Of a stretch of DNA of 64,000 nucleotides, positions 13,500-24,929 are shown one piece after another (positions within the stretch are counted from its first letter, which is position 1; each line of letters starts with the position of its first letter). The translations under genes were made by a program, and so were the position numbers. The DNA comes from Stegostoma tigrinum (Eukaryota). The stretch spans positions 10,020,035-10,084,034 of the forward strand of contig NC_081369.1 of NCBI RefSeq assembly GCF_030684315.1, given 5' to 3'. The notes beneath the pieces are model-generated. The model did no database searches and had not been told where the DNA came from. It saw nothing but the letters and a program-made list of their open reading frames with translations.

Positions 13500-13620
13500 T
13501 CAGCCGTACCTCAGAGTACATGTTTCTCTCTACTTCGAATGTATGTCTTGAAGCTCTTTTGTCTCTGCTAAATCCTACGACAGCATATTGCACACTCTGA
13601 GCCGCGGCTTCTTGCGAGGA
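13500..13620 (-). pseudogene. receptor 2 exon 6, cytoplasmic (ITIM + ITSM-like)
   Basis: Acceptor attttgtttccag, phase 0. Reads SSQEAAAQSVQYAVVGFSRDKRASRHTFEVERNMYSEVRL, with VQYAVV (ITIM) and NMYSEV (ITSM-like). Donor position is uncertain by ~15 nt. Confidence 0.72.
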
Positions 13621-14113
13621 CTGGAAACAAAATATTTCATTCGGCACTTCCTTCATGTCATCAACAATTCGTTCAACCACTTAAAAAATGGAGGTTCGAG
13701 ATTGTTTGTAGAATCGACGTTTCAGACGTATTTGTGTGAATACAAATATTAACTTAACGGTGGTCAAACTAACACTACGTTCATTCACATTCATGCTACA
13801 ACACAATATTTCAACGTCAAAAAGCGTCAACGGTGGCCAGCAAATTTATTTCCAAAATGAGAGAATGACTGAATTTCTATCGAGTTATTAGCTGGAAACA
13901 TTCTTGTAGATAAGACTGTTTTTTTTAAAAAATCCAATTAATCTTCTTTAACGATAAGAACACTGCACCAACTGCAGTTCGAATGTCTTTGGTTGAATAC
14001 GTCCTTCAATATATAAATGTACAATGTTCTGACGTGACCAACATATATTTCTTCTGATATCGTAATCGTTCCTGTCATTGAAAACGCCTATCATGATGTA
14101 ACAATGTACTTAC

Positions 14114-14157
14114 CACCTTGTCACTCCGATCAGGTTGCCTTGTGCATTCTTCTCTAT
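14114..14157 (-). pseudogene. receptor 2 exon 5, short juxtamembrane cytoplasmic exon
   Basis: tgcag|ATAGAGAA...AAGGTG|GTAAGT, 44 nt, phase 1 to 0. Links the TM exon to exon 6 in frame (NREECTRQPDRSDKV). Confidence 0.7.
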
Positions 14158-14339
14158 CTGCATATCAATGAAATATAATTACATTGAGAGACGGAATTAT
14201 TAACCCGGTTTCCATACGGAAAATGAAACGTTACGTTTCCGAATCTAATTCATACACAAATTGTGAAAATGTGCAGTTGAGGCACGACAACGATGATCCC
14301 ATTGCTAGCAGAAGAAGTAAGAGGACCGACAGTCCCTCC

Positions 14340-14680
14340 TTCCACAACCTATTCATCTTCTGACTCACCTATCCGCTCTACCCTTCCCACTGACCAAACA
14401 CCGTAATCCTGTACCTGCATCACCAGTTTCAACCCGAATCTTATCCATCTTCCTGCTCACCTAGCCGCTCCACCTTTCCCACTGACCAACGACAATAACC
14501 CCCTACCTCATCCACCTATCTCCATTTCATCTGCTCTACCGCCAGCCTCGCCCCTCCTATTTATTTCTCTGCTCCACTCCCCCTCCCCAGTTCTGACAGT
14601 GTTTTGGCCAGAAACGTTGACTATCCTGCTGCTGGGATGCTGTTTGACCTGCTGTGTTTTTCCTGCTCCGCAATTTTTGA
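14340..14680 (+). mobile_element. degenerate Penelope-like pLTR
   Basis: C-rich tract followed by ttctgac...gaaacgttgactatcctgctgctgggatgctgtttgacctgctgtg, as in the other pLTRs. Confidence 0.6.
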
Positions 14681-15029
14681 CACCTGCTCCTCATCTTCTA
14701 GTTCTTCAAGGAACAATCATTGCTCGGCAGAAAAATTAAATTGTAAATTTCTCTGTTCGTCATGATAAATTTAAATAGTTGCGTTCGAAGGTGAAATTTG
14801 CTGCTGGAATCTATTACTCCTAAGAATAATTAACATTTTGATCACATATTTGTGAACGTTGTGTTGTGAAATTGGGTTTGGGACAATCTGAGCTCATTGA
14901 TTTTTTTTAAATACCGTTTAATGCTGGAAATGTTTTTGTTTTGTGCCATCACGCTAATCGCCCATCATGTTGCTTATTGTCCTCAGACTGCAACTAGACC
15001 GAAAATCACAAGTTGACGGGAGATCTTAC

Positions 15030-15143
15030 TTTGTTTTCACTGAAGTCCATGCCATTTTCCAATAAAGGACACTAGTACAAGAAATGTCAATCCAACCATC
15101 GCACAAATTGGAGCCCAGGAGAGCAGTGATTTATTGACATTAT
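15030..15143 (-). pseudogene. receptor 2 exon 4, transmembrane
   Basis: ttctgcag|ATAAT...CAAA|GTAAG, 114 nt, phase 1-1. Reads DNVNKSLLSWAPICAMVGLTFLVLVSFIGKWHGLQ*KQ: an uncharged hydrophobic helix with a TGA stop after the TM. Confidence 0.8.
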
Positions 15144-16166
15144 CTGCAGAATTAAGTGGATATTATTTGCCGGTGATCGTAGTTTGTTGTTTAAAGTATG
15201 ATGATGTTTTCAACTGCACAGTGCCGTGAAGGGCAATGAAAAAAATTAAGGTTCACTTGTTATTTCAGTTGAATGTCGAAGTGACTTCTTTTTCCACCAA
15301 ATGATAAGTTCCGAATCAATCTCTGGAATGGATTGTAAATTCGTAGATCACAAAAGACTCTTTTGGAAAGTGGGAATACAAGACAGATCAATTACCGTGG
15401 ATCAAAATACTGTTGTTCTTGACCTTGCTTGCTTATTGACATAAGCGTTCTTGGAATTGCAGGCATGATTTCAGAAGCATTTTTTTTTACCGGTCACATC
15501 AAGTTCTGGACTGTGCAATCGGTCACGAAACGCTTGCAAATAAATGAACTGCTTTTATCACATTCGTTGTATGGGAAAGGACAACTAGAGGCTAGGTGTA
15601 ATAAATTATTATTTTGTGCCATGACAAACAATTAACAAAGTAAGCAAATTGTTAATGCATTAAATCTGACGCGCCGCAGACAAGTGAGCACACAAACTCT
15701 GATACGTGTTAGAGCGAGTCCTGTTGAATGTGTCGTCGACGAGGGAGATACAACATTTCAAAAGGGATAGGTCTGAGAATTCTGCACTGGACTAAACTGA
15801 CAGGGAATGCGGTGGTTGAAGGCAGAGCGAAACCAAGCAAAATAACATAGATCCTGGCAACAATACAGCAAAAGTGCGCACCCGAAAGGGAGTCAACTTT
15901 CTAATACGGAAACAAAAGCAGTGAGCGACGCCCGAAATGACCCAAAGAAAGAAAATTATCGACCACCTCACTTCTGAACATGATTACGGTTTCAGAAATA
16001 AAGAAATTTGAATTCCAATAAGGTTTTGCCGCTTTTGCAACACAAATATCAACTTAATATCCTGAATAAACTGTGCTATTTCCCGCGAAGGTGTTGCGGA
16101 TTAGCTCCATAAAATGCACAAATCGCAGAATGCATCTGCTTACTTATGAAACAGTCGCTAACTCGC

Positions 16167-16487
16167 CTTTTTCGACTCCAGCAAACTTGGAAACAATGTG
16201 GCTGACGACAGCAGGCGTCTTGAGGGAGACATGGGATACCGAATAGGTATATCTTGTTTTATTTGAAGGAGTTTAAAACTCAGCCAAAGAACTGCATGCT
16301 TCAGATAGTCCGTCCCCGTTCTGCACCTTACTAGTATTTATTCCGACTGTAATTTCGGCGCCGTTTTTAAACCAGGCGAGGGTGAATTTTTCCGGATAAA
16401 ATGCAGCTGTTTCACACAGAAGGGTCAAAGAGGCTGGTGGATTTTCTTCGTGTAACTTGGGCGTAATTTTCAGTGGGATTGGGGTCG
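16167..16487 (-). pseudogene. receptor 2 exon 3, Ig C1-set domain
   Basis: 321 nt, phase 1-1. Reads ATPIPLKI...LTLLCETAAFYPEKFTLAWFKNG...QNGDGLSEACSSLAEF*TPSNKTRYTYSVSHVSLKTP, with C1 motifs CxxxxFYP, WxKNG and YxCxVxH. Lesions: stop at 16273-16275, F-strand Cys is Tyr, donor GCGAGT. Confidence 0.9.
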
Positions 16488-17467
16488 CTGGATGAAGAGA
16501 ATGAGCAAAGTCAATGAGTCTGATTTTAGATCGCTCCACTTTATTATAATCACAACATTCAAAAGTAACTTTTCTTGTCCGTTTACTTTTCTGTACACGC
16601 CCCTATTTAACAAAATAAATACCTCGTATATCAGTGGTAATTATTCACTTTTACTTTCTAGTACCAAGTCCAATGCTTGATTTTCCTCAGCAGAAATAAT
16701 AAACAAACTGCTTAGCAATGATTGGATGACATATTTGAATGAATTAATTAAATTGATCCACGGCAGAGGAAGGGACGAAAAAATGTTCTTCGCCCTTTTA
16801 GCTTGTTTTTAAGCTGAAGTGCATAATGACCGCGAAGCTAATGGTCGTTGATTAAATGAAGACCGTTTGATAGGTCAAGTTTCAAAAGCAAGGCATTGCT
16901 AACGAAGTAATACATTAATTCAGTTGAACTTCAACTTCAGTTGAAACAATTCTCTGGATTGTTAGATATAATTAATCGAGTTAAGTGCTTATACTGCGTG
17001 GTAAGATTCAAACTACAATTTTTCATGATGTCGTTCATCTGAAAGTGAATTCACACTGATTTTCAAACAATGATGCATTACGTGGTGATTAATTTTAGAA
17101 ATCTTCAACCTCAGAAAGAGCAATTGGGATAGACAGGACATCGATAGCATATCACTGAATTGAAATCCTGGTTGAAAAGCATTAACATACGCGGTTTGTC
17201 GTCGGGTATATGCATTGGAAATGTACATCTCGTGTATAAGCTGTCTATGGAAATATCGTGGAAATGGTTAATATTTATTAATATTGCATTTATGCTTGTG
17301 ATATTGGTTGTCCAATTGCAAATCTTTCAAGATTACAGAAATATCAATTGTAGCTAACAGCAGAAATGATCAGTCCCGTGAATATTCTGCCAACATTGAT
17401 TAAGTAAACGATCAGAAAATATTTTGCTCTTTCGAAATATTTCAGATTGTGTCGGTCTCTCACTTAC

Positions 17468-17788
17468 CATGGACGAATAGTTGGGACCCGGTTCCATTTC
17501 TTTGACCTATTCCTTGATAAATCACTGTGCAGTGATAAACTCCAGAATCGTGGACACGAATGCTCACCAAGCTGAAGAAAGCTGATGTTTCATTTTCAAA
17601 ACCAAATCGTCTTCTGCCAATGGCATTCATCTGAACGCATTCATTTCCAACCTGCTTGCACCAAGTTACCTTTGGCTTTGAATGATGCTGAGAGATGGAG
17701 AATGGGCAGTAGAATGTAATATCGTCCCATCTGTTCACTGTTACTTCTTTGGGCGTTTGTATAACACTGATGGAATTGTGGTCTCCCG
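17468..17788 (-). pseudogene. receptor 2 exon 2, intact VJ-type Ig V domain
   Basis: Acceptor gtgtttctgacag and donor G|GTAAGT, 321 nt open frame. Reads SVIQTPKEVTV..ITFYC..KVTW..DSGVYHCTV..NGTGSQLFVH, with both canonical Cys, the Trp and a J-like GxG(T/S)xLxV G strand. Confidence 0.92.
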
Positions 17789-17954
17789 CTGTCAGAAACA
17801 CGGTAAATTACAGGCAACTGTCGTATACAGAATAAAGATAGAAGAGTTAGGTATTTAACCAGATGGAGGAATTAAGATTCTTTACATGAATAAGAGGCTG
17901 CATCAAAAACCTCAAATTTATTAGACCATTTCTATCAATAAAGTCAGCAAGTAC

Positions 17955-18009
17955 CTGACAGAATAAACTTAAGCACAATCAGACAAAGGCAATCCATCTT
18001 CCGTGACAT
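17955..18009 (-). pseudogene. receptor 2 exon 1, signal peptide
   Basis: ATG at 18009 gives MSRKMDCLCLIVLKFILS + G|GTAC, 55 nt, phase 1, matching the V exon. Confidence 0.7.
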
Positions 18010-18644
18010 TCTGAGTAACAGATTCAACTGGCAACTTTGCAGTGCGACCTGCTAACTGCTAAGACAGGTTTCCAGCTTGTTTTCGACGAGATATGTGGCA
18101 ATGACGTTGAACATCCTGTGAGTACTGCTGGTAGTTTGAGGCTCGTACGCTCAATGTCATTTCGCAATTTCTGTGTTCATTTCGCTTCTGAAATCACATA
18201 TAACGCGGGAAGCAAAAATTCATAAAAGCCATTTGATTTCAAATGTAGATTCAACTGACACTGCGAATGCCCACATTGTTTCTAAACAGGAGTAGATATG
18301 CCTCCATCACTGTCGTGGTCAGCTCACCCAGATCTCAACTACAGTTTTTTTTCGTCGGCGGCTTTTTGTTTCTCCTAACATTTGCCATATTCGGAGATTC
18401 TGGTTCTTGGAACTTCCTTTTATTGGTTCGTTAGGCCATTCCTTCATAACTCTCATGATTTGAACAGGTCCATCAAATCTCCTCTCAACTTTTTCTTTAT
18501 AAGTGGAAACGGCCCGAGAATTACGCAGCGTACGTGTCAGCTATCTCTCAGTGAGTTGAAATTTCCCGTCTGTGCTGGAATTACATGGAGCAAGTTACAC
18601 TCCGGGAAAAGAGCAAAAAAATTAAGATAGACCGTATTGGGTCA

Positions 18645-18980
18645 CACTGCAATGGCAGAGGTGTTGGATTGCCAGTCAGACCTTAAACTGAAGTCATTCT
18701 GAATGCTTGAGTTGAGTGTCAACAATCCACGACATTTTCTCAAAGAAGTGCAGTGGAATTGTCCGCGTGCTTGGCAATATTTATGCCTCAACCTACTCTA
18801 GAATACAGCTTACCTGATTCCTTTTAGCGCGGATTACCGTGTGCAGCTGTTCGCAGGACATGTTCGCGGTCGTGTTTTCTTTTAATGACAGTGGATGCAC
18901 TTGTAAAGTAATCCATTCAGTGCAACGTGATGTTAGAATTATGGTCGTCCGACAAAACACGATGAAATCTGGTTCTTTTT
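18645..18980 (+). mobile_element. Deu-domain-type (AmnSINE/SacSINE-like) SINE, degenerate
   Basis: ggcaatatttatgcctcaacc...cagcttacctg...gtgttttc...gacagtggatgcactt..aaagtaatccatt resembles the Deu domain as I recall it. A similar copy lies at 44690-44920. Confidence 0.55.
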
Positions 18981-20269
18981 ATCATTCTTTAAAATTGTTT
19001 CAGTTCTGTTCTGAAATGGATTCAAACCGTTCCTGACCTGTAGAGCCCAGAATTATCCACGATGCTCCAGTTGCACCAGTCCGAAACATGCTTGGTAAAT
19101 CTGCACCACAATTTCTTTGCTTTTGTGCAATAAAACAATACAGATAACGTCAAGAACTGAAGATATGTTATTAAGCATTAGCTGTACCTACCCTGTTACA
19201 TTCCGTGCACAAATACTCCCAGGTTCTTCAACTCGAGAAGTCAATGTGAAACTGTTTCTTTTCTTTGATATTCTCTGCTCGTCTTTTCCTCTACTTTCTG
19301 TCATTGCCGAAGTACGTCGTTTTCGCTTTAATTCCACGTGCTTTGGGTCTGCTACCTGCCCTGTTTCGTGAGACTTTAATGTTTTACAATTCTACATATT
19401 CCACAATTCCCGCCTTGTCTTCATCATCATTCTCCATTCTTTAGTAAAATTATAATCGAGTTAAATCGACAGGTTTTATCTTTTTGGAAGTCCAGATTGG
19501 CCTAGGTGGGAGCAGGAGTGAACCACTTGGTCCTTCAAGCCTGCTCTACAGTTCAATTTGATTATGGCTGATCATTCAGCTCAGCACCCTGTTTCTGCTT
19601 TCTCCCTACGCTCTTTGATCTCTTTAGTCATGACAAGGAAACATGGCAGCGAACATGCCCAGCTAAGAGCTGCATACGGTAATCCGCTAAAAAGAACCAG
19701 GTAATCTGTGTTTAGCGTAGGCTAAAGCGTAAGTATTGCCAACTAGTCGAAAGTTTGATCTCCTTAGCCTGAAGAATTTTATGTAATCGCTTCATGAACA
19801 CATGCAACCTCTTTCTGTGTCAGCGAATTTCAAATTTCATTTCACACTCTCTGATTGAATAAACTTCCCTTTGAAATGTAGTTTCCGACTGTGTTCTGAG
19901 TCTGACAATGAATGGAACCAGATAATGTTCGATAATAGAGAAGAAGCATTGGAGCTTTTTCGATTGCTTGAAATGCCTGGGACTACGGACAAGCTGAAAA
20001 AGGGGGCGGATACATTACTAGTCACTGTCACAAACGTGCACACCAACATATGAGACTATGATTGGCATTGTTTGAATTTCATGAGAGAGCATGGAAACTG
20101 AGCAGAAAGAATGAAGCCGCTTGGACACTTGCAACAAAAGCTGATGAGATAGTAGTGAACAGGAAGAACAAGATGCTGCAGCACGTTGCAAGTTCAGAGC
20201 ACAATCGATTGTACGTTTTCCGTTTTAAAAGCGCGATGAGTGCTGCATCCCCATACAGGGCGATGGTCA

Positions 20270-22905
20270 TTTTGTCATTGTTAGCCGAACCGCCCAGTTC
20301 CCCGTTCTATCAACGGGAAATTTGCGCTATAAAAAATTCACTTTCAGCAGTGTAAAAATTCTTCTGTTCAACCACTGCAGACAGCGTTGGACTAGAGAAT
20401 GATAAGTGGGTGGAATACTGAGTCTGCCAATTCTCTACATTTTGAAACTGCCGATAAAACCCACATACGAGACTGGATCAAATTCATCACAGCCCATCCT
20501 GATAATGAAGGGATAGATTTCGGGCTGGTTAGCTACAGACTATTGACCTGACTGCATTCCAGGTAGCACCAATATCACAGCCTATAATGGAAGAGATTTT
20601 ATTAAAGCTGGTTGTTGGCTTGGATAATAAATTATCGTGAACAGTGCGGATCACAACGTAAATAGCCAGTCTCACTGCTGATTCGAGCGACGTTTAAAGC
20701 TACAAGGTCGCAAAATCAGACCTTGAGTTTTCTTACCCAATTATCATCTACTCGTTTGAACTGTTCCTCTGGAGTGGGGTCAAGCTCTGAAACGCCAGTG
20801 CAAAGCGAGTGGCTGGGGGTTGAACCTTCTGAATTGTTAACAATATTGAGAGGAACAAGCACCTGACAGGAAGTTGAATGGTTAGACTTTTTCCCACTTA
20901 GATACCAAGTATTCAGTTTTGACAGCTATGTCCAGTGGCCCTTCTTCAGACCTGAAGCATTTGATACCACTTTTACATGGGGCCACTCGCCTGCTCTTAT
21001 ATGTCACTCCGGAAATAACGTCCACAGCTTCAGCACGGCTTCAAATAGTAGTTAGAACTACGTTTTGGGGAGGTTGTTCTCTTATGTACAACGTTGGAAC
21101 TTCAATGTTTGGTAATGTGATTCTTTTAATGTAAGTGTTTGTGCAGTCAGAGAGTCATAAATATGCACAGCAAGGAACAGACCCTGAGGTCAAACCTGTC
21201 CATAATAACCAGACATCCTTAATTACTCTAGTCTCATTCACCATCATTTGGCTCCTCTAAAACCCTCCTATTCATATGCCAAGCCAGATGCCTTTCAACT
21301 GGTGGAAATTACCAGCCGTCGGACTTTCCCTGGCAGGTAATTCCATACACAAACCACCCTCTGACTGAAAACGTTGTCCCTTACGTCTTTTTTTTTCAAT
21401 TTTTCCCCTCTCACTTCAACGGAGACTTGAAACGTGGCGCAGGATCCGACATGGTCCATTTTACACACAGGATAATAAATCAGTTACTGTACATACAGCC
21501 AAAATGTAATAGTTATTCTCTGTGCGCAAGTTGCTTCTCCGCCAAGTTTTATTACCGTTGAGATTATCCGTTTAATGCAACTGCACCAAGCCAGAGTCTC
21601 TTCCGGCGGCCCTTAACTGTTTTGTGAACTGTAGGAATTCTCAGAAAGGACAGGCGTGAAGAGTGCTTGTTAAATATTGAGAGATTGGAAAATGTAGGTG
21701 TTCAGCGATGCCTTGCTGTCCTTGTCAATAAATCACTGAAGGCTAACATGCAGATCAAATAAGCTTGTGGGAAGGCAGAAAGACCATTAGTCTTTGGTGC
21801 AAGAGGATGTGTGTCCTGGGTTAGAGAACCTTTGCTTTGATTATGAAAGAATTAAGTTTAGATTATCAATGAGTAAGAAATCCTCGCCCAGCCAGCGACA
21901 TACTCATCCCATGAATGAATGAAGCAGAAAAAAACACACACCTGGAGCACCATTTGCAGTTTTGATCTCTTTACCTCGGGAAAGATGATCTCTCCACAGT
22001 GGGAGTACAACAAAATGTCACCAGACTTGTTCCCAGAATGTCTGGATTGCCCAACAAAGGGAGATTGGGCAAACTGGACCCATATTCCATCGGCTTTCAC
22101 ACAAAGAGATAATCGCATTGCAAACTACAAAATACTTGAAAGGACAGACAGGATAGATGAAGGTGAGATGCTTCCCCTGGCTGGAGCGTGCCAGGAGGCA
22201 CAATTTAAAAACAAGGGGGATGCCACTCAGGTCTGAGATGAAGAGCAGCTCTTTTTGTTTTTACACAGCAGCTGATTATCTATTATCTATTAGGATTCTC
22301 TATCACAGAGGACTGTGTCGCTCAATCTTTGAGTACGTAGACGGTGATAAATTTCTGATTACACATAGACTATTACGGGTATGAGTTATAGTTATAATTC
22401 ACAATCACTGTTAAGGGTAGCGCGAAGAGATTCTGAATTGGTGCGGTTGTGTGAAACGGATAATCCCAAGGAAAATTATACAATTTGGCAGAGATGCAAA
22501 TTGCTCACACAGAATTGTTATATTTTGGGAATGAAGCCAATACAAAGGTGTCACAGGTACAGTCAATATAGTCGGTGCCTATTTTCAGGTATCGAGAAAT
22601 GACTTAGATCGGCGGTGTACTACAATCTGGCTGCATTTACTTTGAAACTCCTTCATATGCCAGAGAATACATGCGCTGAAATTGGGCAAGGAATATAGTT
22701 GTCGAGCTGAAGTTAAAAAAAGACACGATCAATCATTTCGCTCCAGATACTGCACCGGAGAGAAAGGAAAATCTCAAATTATTTCCATGGTCACGATAAG
22801 AAAAATTCTCTCCGGTATTCTATAAAGTTAAACATTTATCACCTTTCTGTGCTCAAACTACTAAGAGCCGTTAAAAAATTCACACTTAAGTAATAGCTTC
22901 AGAAC
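20270..22905 (+). repeat. segmental duplication copy A (~2.6 kb)
   Basis: Collinear with 27750-30480, including non-TE sequence (e.g. tttcttacccaattatcatctactcgtttgaactgttcctctggagt in both) and the same CR1/SINE junctions. Confidence 0.92.
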
Positions 22906-23456
22906 TCCTTCAATATAACCCTTTTCAGTATTTCACGTTTCTCGACGGAGAGATTCATTCTCTCCCTCCTGCAGTAGGTTGAAGATGCAGGACAGTGTAA
23001 TTCAACACGGGCTGAATTATCTAATCCGCCCAATACAGAAAAGGTTGCAGCTTTCCTTGCAAAAATGATTGAATGTTGGTCGGTAAGAGCGTTTTCAAAA
23101 AACAAATTCCGAAGGATCGACATCTGGCTTTGGTTTTGGCAAATCCATAATTTTCTCTTCGGAAATCTCTGACAACGGGTCAACAGTGAAAGGATTGAAC
23201 AGCATCCGAAACTCGCAGATTTCATTACCATGTAAAGGATAGTTGAGAATAACTTGGAAATTTCACTGAACGGAATGTGAGCAATAATGGGGAACTCAGT
23301 TACCGACAGTGATGCGAAATGTAACAGAGAAGGCTGTGAAATGTGTTTTTCAGAAAATGCATTTGACTTCCTGTAGTAACCGGTTTCGAAATTGCAGCTG
23401 AAAACAAAAGCGTGCTCTCGTTACTCTCAGTGACAGTAAGAATTGCCGACGCTGCA

Positions 23457-24000
23457 GTCAGAGTTAACAGTGTGAAGCTGGAGGAACACAGCAAGACAGG
23501 CAGCATCACAGGAGCGGGAAAGTTGACGTTTCGGGTCGGGACCCTTCTTCAGAAATTGGGGAGAGGGAAGGGACTTCTGAAATAAATATGGAGGAGGGTG
23601 ACTGGAAGAGCACTAATTTATATTCCGCCCTGAGAACCTAAAACCCAATGGTCTCAATGTGGATTATACTAGTTTCAAACTCTCCCCACCGCCGGCCGCA
23701 TCCCATGACCAACCTTCCGCCTCATGCCCTCCTCCTTGACCTGACGCAGCCTGTCCGTTTTCTCTTACACCTTTACGTTCCTCTCCACCTCACTGAACCA
23801 ATCCCCACCACCGCCTACCAACACTCACCTACGACCATCCCACCTACCTCCCCCAACCCCAACACTCCTCTCTTTTTATTTCAGAGCTCCCTTCCCCTTC
23901 CCAATTTCCAAAGCAGGGTCCCGACCAGAGACGTCAGCATTCCTGCTCCTTTGATGCTGCCCTGCTTTGTTCCTCCAGCGGCACGCTGTGCGGTCGCTAC
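23457..24000. mobile_element. Penelope-like element with inverted pLTRs, degenerate
   Basis: Left arm on minus carries CTGAAGA-agggtcccgaccc-GAAACGTC. The right arm is a decayed plus-strand copy preceded by the end of the GIY-YIG region. Confidence 0.75.
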
Positions 24001-24169
24001 TCGCCCCTTGTTGAATCCAGCTGACAATTGCCGAAGATTCAGCAACAAAGAGCTCTTACTTCCTGCGGCAGGTAAGTCATGTTGGTTAAAGCTGCAACCA
24101 AGTTGTTGCATTTTCGCGGGTGCAAAAGTCGGCTGCACACACGCTGTTCAATCAAACACCTGTATTAAA

Positions 24170-24312
24170 TCGTAGAATCCCTACAGTGTGGAAAAATTCC
24201 TTTTCGCACCACTGACCTTCTGAAGGGCATCGCAATCAAGACCAGCCCCGACCCTATCCTTGCAAACCTGCACTTACCATTACCAAGCCACCTAACCTGC
24301 ACGTATTTGGAT
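24170..24312 (-). mobile_element. HE1/V-SINE-like 3' fragment
   Basis: tagaatccctacagtgtggaaa...ccacctaacctgcac matches the 56176-56485 copy. Confidence 0.7.
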
Positions 24313-24384
24313 TCTAAATCTACGATAAAAGGTAGAAAGTGTCCACTATTTGCGTTATCCTTCACAGACGTCCTCTCAGTTTTC

Positions 24385-24745
24385 GTCTCCTTATCTCAGG
24401 AAAGATAATATTTCCATAGTGGGAGAACAACTGCGGATCACCGGACTTGCTTCAGAATGGCTGGGTTGTCTTAGTAAGGGAGGTTGGGCTAACTGGGCCC
24501 ATATTCCATAGCGTTTCGCACACGGAGAGGTGATTGCGTAGAAACCGACGAAATACTTAAAGGCGAGATGCAGATGATTCCCCTGACAGGGCAGTCGAGA
24601 ATCAGGAGGCAAAATTTAAAAATAAGAGGAATTCAACTTCGGTCTGAGATGAAGAGAAACTCATGTTTTTACAACAGCAGTTGAATATCCATGGAAATCA
24701 CTATCACAGAGGAATGTAGAAGATCAGTTTGTGAGTACGTAGACA
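24385..24745 (+). repeat. third partial copy of the duplicated CR1 3' segment
   Basis: Aligns to ~21970-22342 and ~29575-29938 and shares derived strings such as ttgggc.aactgg.cccatattcc and gagtacgtagac. Confidence 0.7.
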
Positions 24746-24929
24746 GGGTGGCACGGTGTCTCAGTGGTTAGCAATGCTGCTTCACACCCTTGAGTGACTG
24801 TCTGTGTGGAGTTTGCGCATTCTCCCCATGTCCACGTGGGTTTCCTCCTGGTTCTCCGGTTTCCTTCCACAGTCCAGACATGTGCAGGTTCGGTGGATTG
24901 GCCATGCTAAATTTCCCATAGTGTTCGAG
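24746..24929 (+). mobile_element. HE1/V-SINE-like 5' part, internally deleted
   Basis: A-box ggtgtctcagtggttagc and V-domain gtgtggagtttgc...ctccggtttcct. The B-box region is missing. Confidence 0.8.

Noticed and set aside
17523-17529. Perfect RSS heptamer CACAGTG (minus strand) right at the V-domain Cys-Thr-Val
   Set aside because: No nonamer at 12- or 23-bp spacing (ataggtcaa / aaatggaac). It is explained by the codons TGC ACA GTG, and the J-like strand is already joined.
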